Notes under the pieces: model-generated
Databases searched by the model: none
What the model was told of the DNA's origin: nothing
What the model saw: the letters and a program-made list of their open reading frames with translations, nothing else
IMG/VR virus record: IMGVR_UViG_3300043642_000037
Span: 64,001-128,000 of that record
Strand: one strand, 5' to 3'
Origin: a virus
Taxonomy: Duplodnaviria; Caudoviricetes
DNA length: 64,000 nt
Program-made: the position numbers and the translations under genes
Shown: piece after piece, positions 59,313-64,000 of the stretch
Layout: each line of letters starts with the position of its first letter
Position numbering within the stretch: position 1 is the first letter of the stretch

Positions 59313-61720
59313 CCTATGCCTTCAGCAACGTAAAACACTGCACGGTGAATTTTGGTTGGCGTGCCGCTATTGAATACGTTGCTGTGTACGTATGCAATAT
59401 ATCTATAATCCACAATCGAAGCTGAATCGAATAATCCTGGGCTGGTTATGTTTACAGTGTCTCTAGTGGTAGTGTGCCATTTAGTACCGTCGCACCATAT
59501 CGGTGATCCGTAAGCTTTACGGGGAATACCACCACCCGGTGTTAGAGGCGTAATTCCACCGCCTACTTCGAGAGTTTCTAGTCCCACGCGCTTGAAAGAT
59601 GGCGAGGCGCCATTTGTTATCAAATTAACAGGGGGAAATATAGAGTCTCCAAAACCTGAAGATTCAAACATTGTTTCGATAAAACCTAGGGCACTATTTC
59701 CCTGCTCGCTTACCAAGCCTACGCCAATTAGACGACCTCGGTTAGTTGGGCATGGAATAATTACTCGATCTTGTTGAGACGTTAATGCACTGATGTTTCG
59801 AATATTTCGCTTAAACCCTGGATTGCCACCTGCAATAACATCTCCCGCCTTACCAGACAATGTCCACGCATCGTCATTGTACATCATGTTTACAGGGTAC
59901 ACTGTGTATACTTTGACACCGAGCGGCATTCGTTGATCGTGAACTACTGCAGTCGTATCCAGATACAAATCACCATTAAAGGGGCCAGTCCCTGTATAGT
60001 TCTTTCCGGATACTACGTAACAGATCGGCACAAATCCGGTATCAGGAGCGGGGTACGCCGGTATAGCTCCCGGCGTGCCTGTTTTTACGTTTACAGTTGC
60101 ACTAACCACGCTTGACGGTGAGACACCCGTCCATTGAAGTCGGATTTGAATCAGATCCGCTCTTGGATTGACGCCATTGCCGTTAGCAATAGTGAATTGG
60201 TCAGTACCAGGAAGCGTAAACGAAATAAACGTGGCCTGTGGACTGCTCGGCACACGCTGGAAAACAGTGCCGGATGATATCCGAACAATATTATTCGAAG
60301 ATCCCTGTATTGGAATACCTGCACTTATCGTAGCTGCGTAACACCATTCAGTGCCTGTTCCATCGGAACCTGCAGTTACGTTTCGCATCTCAGGGTTCGC
60401 GGCGGCCCCTAAGTCACCGGGCACGAGTTGAGCGGCGAGTCCATCAAGAAGGCGTACTGCGTTCTGGTTCTTCGTGTCGTTGATGAGCGTGATCAAGCTA
60501 CCGATCTGAGCAAATAACGTGCCTGCAGGAACATCAGACGTAGGGCCTGCAGCAGCCCCCGCGATCTTCGCCGTTCCCGATCCGGATCCGAGGTCCGTTA
60601 TGATCTTGTCGAGCTGAGTCTCGACAGACGCAGCGGGGTTAGTGGTTCCATCGGCCCAGTTGGGCCCACCGCTGTACGTGATACCCTGCGCCGACCCGCT
60701 CAAGGGGAAGTTGACTGCGCCCGCAGGGACTTCAATGCCCGTACCGAACACTAATTTGCTCAAGAGCACTTTGCAGACGGGTAACGCGTTGACCAAAAAC
60801 TCTGGATGAACCCGGCTGTTGAACAGTGACCCCGCAGGCACAGAGGTGTTGCTGTTTTCGACAAGAGACTGTCGCCGCCCTCCTGTGGAGGCGAGGTCAG
60901 TCATCATGTCATAGCGAATGCATAGCGTATCACCCTCAGCCAGGGCCTGTGTCGGATTGCTGGCGAAGAAGCCCGACATCGTAGCTGGAACGATCTGGTG
61001 ACCTTCCGCGTCATAGTTGCCTGTAACTAGTTGCCGAGCCTGCGGAACGAGAAGGAAGTCGCCCGACGATGCTCCGCCTTCGAGCGCCGCGGTCACAAGT
61101 TGTGTGTTGTCCGGGGCAGGAGGAATTAGCCCGTTGAGCGCAGTGATCACAGCACCTAGTGTGGTGGTTCCCGTAGCCACGATCTTAATCGTTCTTCGGA
61201 GCCCAATCTCGACGTCGAGCGCGCACGAGAACGAAGCACCAGACACCACGGTTACGTTGATTTGATCGCCAGCAGCATAACTCCGGCGTCGGCTTGTCAC
61301 CGAAATAGCGTTCGCACTGTCGCTGGACCGCTTGAGATGTAAGACACCGAAGAAAGATGCGATAGGCAAAGCCCCAAGGCCTCCCTGTAGAGTGCCCGGC
61401 GTGAGTATGGGTACCAGCCAGAGCGTGTTGGTGAGCACGGGAATTCCGCTTGCAGAAGTTGTAGTACTGCCCGGCCACGTGATCCCACCAAGGCAGAACG
61501 CGACGAAGTTGCGGTCCGAGTCGCGGAGATACAGCGAGTCCGTCATGACGTCGCGGATGGCCTCGGTGCGCTGGCGCAGGCTCTCACTCGGGCGCGCGAG
61601 GACCGTCCCGCTCACGCCCTCGCCGTCAGCCATCGGCTGGATGCTCGCAGCGTTGTTCTCGCCAGTGTCGTTGTTGGTGTTGCCCGTGAAGTCGACGAAC
61701 TGCTTTACGTTTCCTGACAT
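59309..61720 (-). CDS. tail fibre / receptor-binding virion protein
   Basis: Downstream of baseplate and collar genes; G/S/T-rich; 'NPRADLI' and 'VHDQR' baseplate-fibre-type motifs; GC falls towards the 3' end. Confidence 0.65.
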   Translation of the reverse strand: MSGNVKQFVDFTGNTNNDTGENNAASIQPMADGEGVSGTVLARPSESLRQRTEAIRDVMTDSLYLRDSDRNFVAFCLGGITWPGSTTTSASGIPVLTNTLWLVPILTPGTLQGGLGALPIASFFGVLHLKRSSDSANAISVTSRRRSYAAGDQINVTVVSGASFSCALDVEIGLRRTIKIVATGTTTLGAVITALNGLIPPAPDNTQLVTAALEGGASSGDFLLVPQARQLVTGNYDAEGHQIVPATMSGFFASNPTQALAEGDTLCIRYDMMTDLASTGGRRQSLVENSNTSVPAGSLFNSRVHPEFLVNALPVCKVLLSKLVFGTGIEVPAGAVNFPLSGSAQGITYSGGPNWADGTTNPAASVETQLDKIITDLGSGSGTAKIAGAAAGPTSDVPAGTLFAQIGSLITLINDTKNQNAVRLLDGLAAQLVPGDLGAAANPEMRNVTAGSDGTGTEWCYAATISAGIPIQGSSNNIVRISSGTVFQRVPSSPQATFISFTLPGTDQFTIANGNGVNPRADLIQIRLQWTGVSPSSVVSATVNVKTGTPGAIPAYPAPDTGFVPICYVVSGKNYTGTGPFNGDLYLDTTAVVHDQRMPLGVKVYTVYPVNMMYNDDAWTLSGKAGDVIAGGNPGFKRNIRNISALTSQQDRVIIPCPTNRGRLIGVGLVSEQGNSALGFIETMFESSGFGDSIFPPVNLITNGASPSFKRVGLETLEVGGGITPLTPGGGIPRKAYGSPIWCDGTKWHTTTRDTVNITSPGLFDSASIVDYRYIAYVHSNVFNSGTPTKIHRAVFYVAEGIG

Positions 61721-61732
61721 GGCCAGCTCCGT

Positions 61733-62293
61733 TCAGGGAATCGCGGTGAACGCGATCGTCCAGGAGTAATCGATCACGATCGAGATCGTCTTTAGGACGT
61801 CGGGATGGACCTGCCGCGCGAGCATGCGCGTCGCGCCCGGGGTCGTTCCTGGCGTGTCGCTGGTCGACGGGGCCGCGCCCGCCGTGAACAAGGCGGCCTC
61901 GCGCAGCGTCGACCCGTTGGCGTCACCGGAGTCCAGCGTCGTGACGAACTGGATCTCGCCGGGCGCGCCGGTCACCTTGCCGACGTCGCCGAGCACCTTG
62001 CCGATCACGAAGGCGCCGAGGTTGGTGTCGGAGCGCTGGGCGGCCGTGTTGGAGCTGCCCATCCGCATCGAGTACACGAGGTTCCGCGCCGGCGTGGGAT
62101 CGGTCGTCCGCTGCGCGATCAGCTCGACCAGCAGGTCCGCGGCGAGGAACGTGATCTTGTTCCGGACCTCGTAGGCGCGGCGAACCTCCCGCGTGCGGGC
62201 GTCCCGGATCGTGAGCCCGACGCGTCCCCACATGGGCACGCCGTCGAGACCCTCCTGCTTCGTTCGTTGAGTGCGCAAGGTTCGCTCCAGCAT
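61733..62293 (-). CDS. baseplate/tail-collar fibre-like protein
   Basis: 'NKIT', 'MRMGSS..A..SDTNL', 'ANGSTLREAALF', 'IDYSWTIAF'; start uncertain. Confidence 0.65.
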   Translation of the reverse strand: MLERTLRTQRTKQEGLDGVPMWGRVGLTIRDARTREVRRAYEVRNKITFLAADLLVELIAQRTTDPTPARNLVYSMRMGSSNTAAQRSDTNLGAFVIGKVLGDVGKVTGAPGEIQFVTTLDSGDANGSTLREAALFTAGAAPSTSDTPGTTPGATRMLARQVHPDVLKTISIVIDYSWTIAFTAIP

Positions 62294-62297
62294 GGGG

Positions 62298-64000
62298 TCA
62301 ATGGGGACTGACAATCAAGGCGCGCTCGACCATACCGAGGTCGCGCGGGGCCGTGGGTGGGTTGGCGGTCCCGTCCCAACCGGCCGCGGCCGGGTCGAAC
62401 GCGGCCGTGGTCAGGGCGGGATCGACGCCGCTGATCAGCAGGGGCATGTCGCCGATTCCCTTCGGCCCGTCGGCGAGGTTTCCGATGTTGAGCTGCCTGT
62501 ACGTGACGTTGACCGTATTCGAGGCCCACGCGGTCAGGCGCATGACCGTCCTGCTTCCGTAGCTCACGAAGTAGTCCAGGTTCTCCACGAGCGCTCGGCC
62601 GGATGCCGACCCGGCCAGGTGCACGATGACCAGGCGGCCGTGGCGCGGCGCGACAGGCGCCCCGGTCAACGCGACCGGCACCCCCACCGAAGGGAACGAG
62701 GTGGTGACGACAGAGAACTCGTACTTGAAATAGTCCCCGACGCTCCAGATTCCGGCGCCAATCACCGGGATGGCGTCCGCGTACACGACCTTGTCGGGTC
62801 CGAACACGCGGGAGCCGAGAAGGCGGTTGAACGAGATCGTCGACTCCAGGGCCTGGATCTCGTCGCGGAAGAATGTCTCCGGCGTCGTGAAGGGGAACGT
62901 GTGCGACGGTCTCGCTGTGAGCACCAGTTCGTTGAGGTCCTTCAGGCTCTGGGGAAGCGCGTCACCGACGGCGGCGGCCAGCTCGATGGCGTTAAACTTG
63001 ATCGAAAACGTGTGGTACTTCAGGTACTGGTCCATCAGGACGAACGCCAGACGGTGACGCAGCACGGGCTGCCCCGGGGGAGGGATGAACCCGGTCTCGT
63101 CCGCGCCGATCACCAGGCCCGGATCGCCTATGACCGGACCGTCGGAGGCCCCGATCAGGTGCTCGACGTAGAAGGGGCTCGCGGTGCGGCGCGATATCGT
63201 CGGCCGCGCGCCGTCCACGGCCCCGAACATCTGCTCCGGGATGACCGCGCCGTGCCACCAGTCGGGAGACTGGACCCAGTCCACGACGGACACGACGGTG
63301 GTCAGCGGCGAGAACGACTCGAGCACGAGCCCGGACACCAGGTCCGATCGGAACGGGGTTCCCTTGGGAAACGTGTAGGTCGCGACCAGCCCGGCGGGCG
63401 GCCGGGACGTCAGCACTCGATCGAACTTCGGATCCGACGTGTCCACGGACAGGAACGTCTCCTCGTCGTCGCGAACCACCGGATAGCCGAGCACCACGTT
63501 GAGGGCGCTCTCGATCCGCTCCAGCACCGGACCCAGCACGTACAACTGGAAGATGCCGGCCAGGAAGGCCCGGTAGGCCTCCGTGCTGGGCAGCGAGCGC
63601 CCGATGAGCGAGCCGAAGTTGTTGGCCAGCGTCCTCCGGTCCACGCGGGCGTCCGGGGCCCACAGCGCGATCTGCAGGACGCGCGCGGTCGACGCGACCC
63701 CGATCGCGCCGTTGGTCGCCAGACGCGGGGAGGGCCCGCTCGCGGGGCGAACCTCCGCCCGCCAGAAGTAGTCCGCCGAGAACGTCCCGGCGCCGCTGAT
63801 CATCCCGATCCACGACGTGACCGCGACGATCAAGCCCTGCTCGTAGTTGATGACGTAGTCGACGCCCTCGACCACGTCCGAGCCGTCGGGCGCCTTGGCG
63901 AACACGCGCACGGAGCCGACGTCGACGCGAGTGTGCGCGAGCGTGGCCGCGGAGGACGACAGCGTGAACGCCTCGGCGATCACGCGCGGCGCCTGCGGGA
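62298..64000 (-). CDS. baseplate wedge-like protein (5' truncated)
   Basis: Frame open to the window edge; 'NNFGSLIG', 'YVLGP..RIESALNVVLG', 'ARPSHT' wedge-type motifs. Confidence 0.6.
   Translation of the reverse strand, partial: PQAPRVIAEAFTLSSSAATLAHTRVDVGSVRVFAKAPDGSDVVEGVDYVINYEQGLIVAVTSWIGMISGAGTFSADYFWRAEVRPASGPSPRLATNGAIGVASTARVLQIALWAPDARVDRRTLANNFGSLIGRSLPSTEAYRAFLAGIFQLYVLGPVLERIESALNVVLGYPVVRDDEETFLSVDTSDPKFDRVLTSRPPAGLVATYTFPKGTPFRSDLVSGLVLESFSPLTTVVSVVDWVQSPDWWHGAVIPEQMFGAVDGARPTISRRTASPFYVEHLIGASDGPVIGDPGLVIGADETGFIPPPGQPVLRHRLAFVLMDQYLKYHTFSIKFNAIELAAAVGDALPQSLKDLNELVLTARPSHTFPFTTPETFFRDEIQALESTISFNRLLGSRVFGPDKVVYADAIPVIGAGIWSVGDYFKYEFSVVTTSFPSVGVPVALTGAPVAPRHGRLVIVHLAGSASGRALVENLDYFVSYGSRTVMRLTAWASNTVNVTYRQLNIGNLADGPKGIGDMPLLISGVDPALTTAAFDPAAAGWDGTANPPTAPRDLGMVERALIVSPH

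Overview
A 64-kb segment of a large, GC-rich tailed dsDNA phage. I saw no cellular housekeeping genes, tRNA, rRNA, CRISPR array or integrase. Positions 1-28.4 kb (minus strand) form a head-morphogenesis operon: portal, a two-chain multisubunit RNA polymerase (beta fused to beta'-N, plus a separate beta'-C), about 15 unknown head/core proteins, an intein-interrupted prohead protease, scaffold-like proteins, capsid decoration protein, major capsid protein, a putative head-fibre module and the start of a neck-like gene. Positions 28.4-59.3 kb (mostly plus strand) carry replication and recombination genes: SNF2 helicase, two Cas4-like nucleases, ParB-like protein, SSB-like protein, primase-helicase, UDG-like/PolA fusion, DEDDh exonuclease, MoxR ATPase plus vWA-peptidase, DUF932, RuvC and class II RNR with an intein. 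Inverted islands in this arm hold a sigma70-family factor, the large terminase and further probable virion genes. Positions 59.3-64 kb (minus strand) are baseplate and tail-fibre genes. The main observation is an apparent capsid-cargo system. Lysines in the head/core proteins are very strongly biased to K-x-A (11/12, 9/10 and 5/6 in three proteins counted by hand). The small genes flanking the RNAP share a G-x3-A-L-x-R-(F/Y)..K-x-(A/S) helix, and the RNAP carries an EKHAA loop. Together these suggest a protease-matured, virion-packaged transcription machine (inference). Also seen: a recurring (C/G/T)CTAnnnT promoter motif with near-leaderless starts, a parS-like palindrome beside the sigma promoter, and a candidate structured small RNA at about 53.45-53.52 kb. 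All calls come from reading motifs by eye; no database searches were run.
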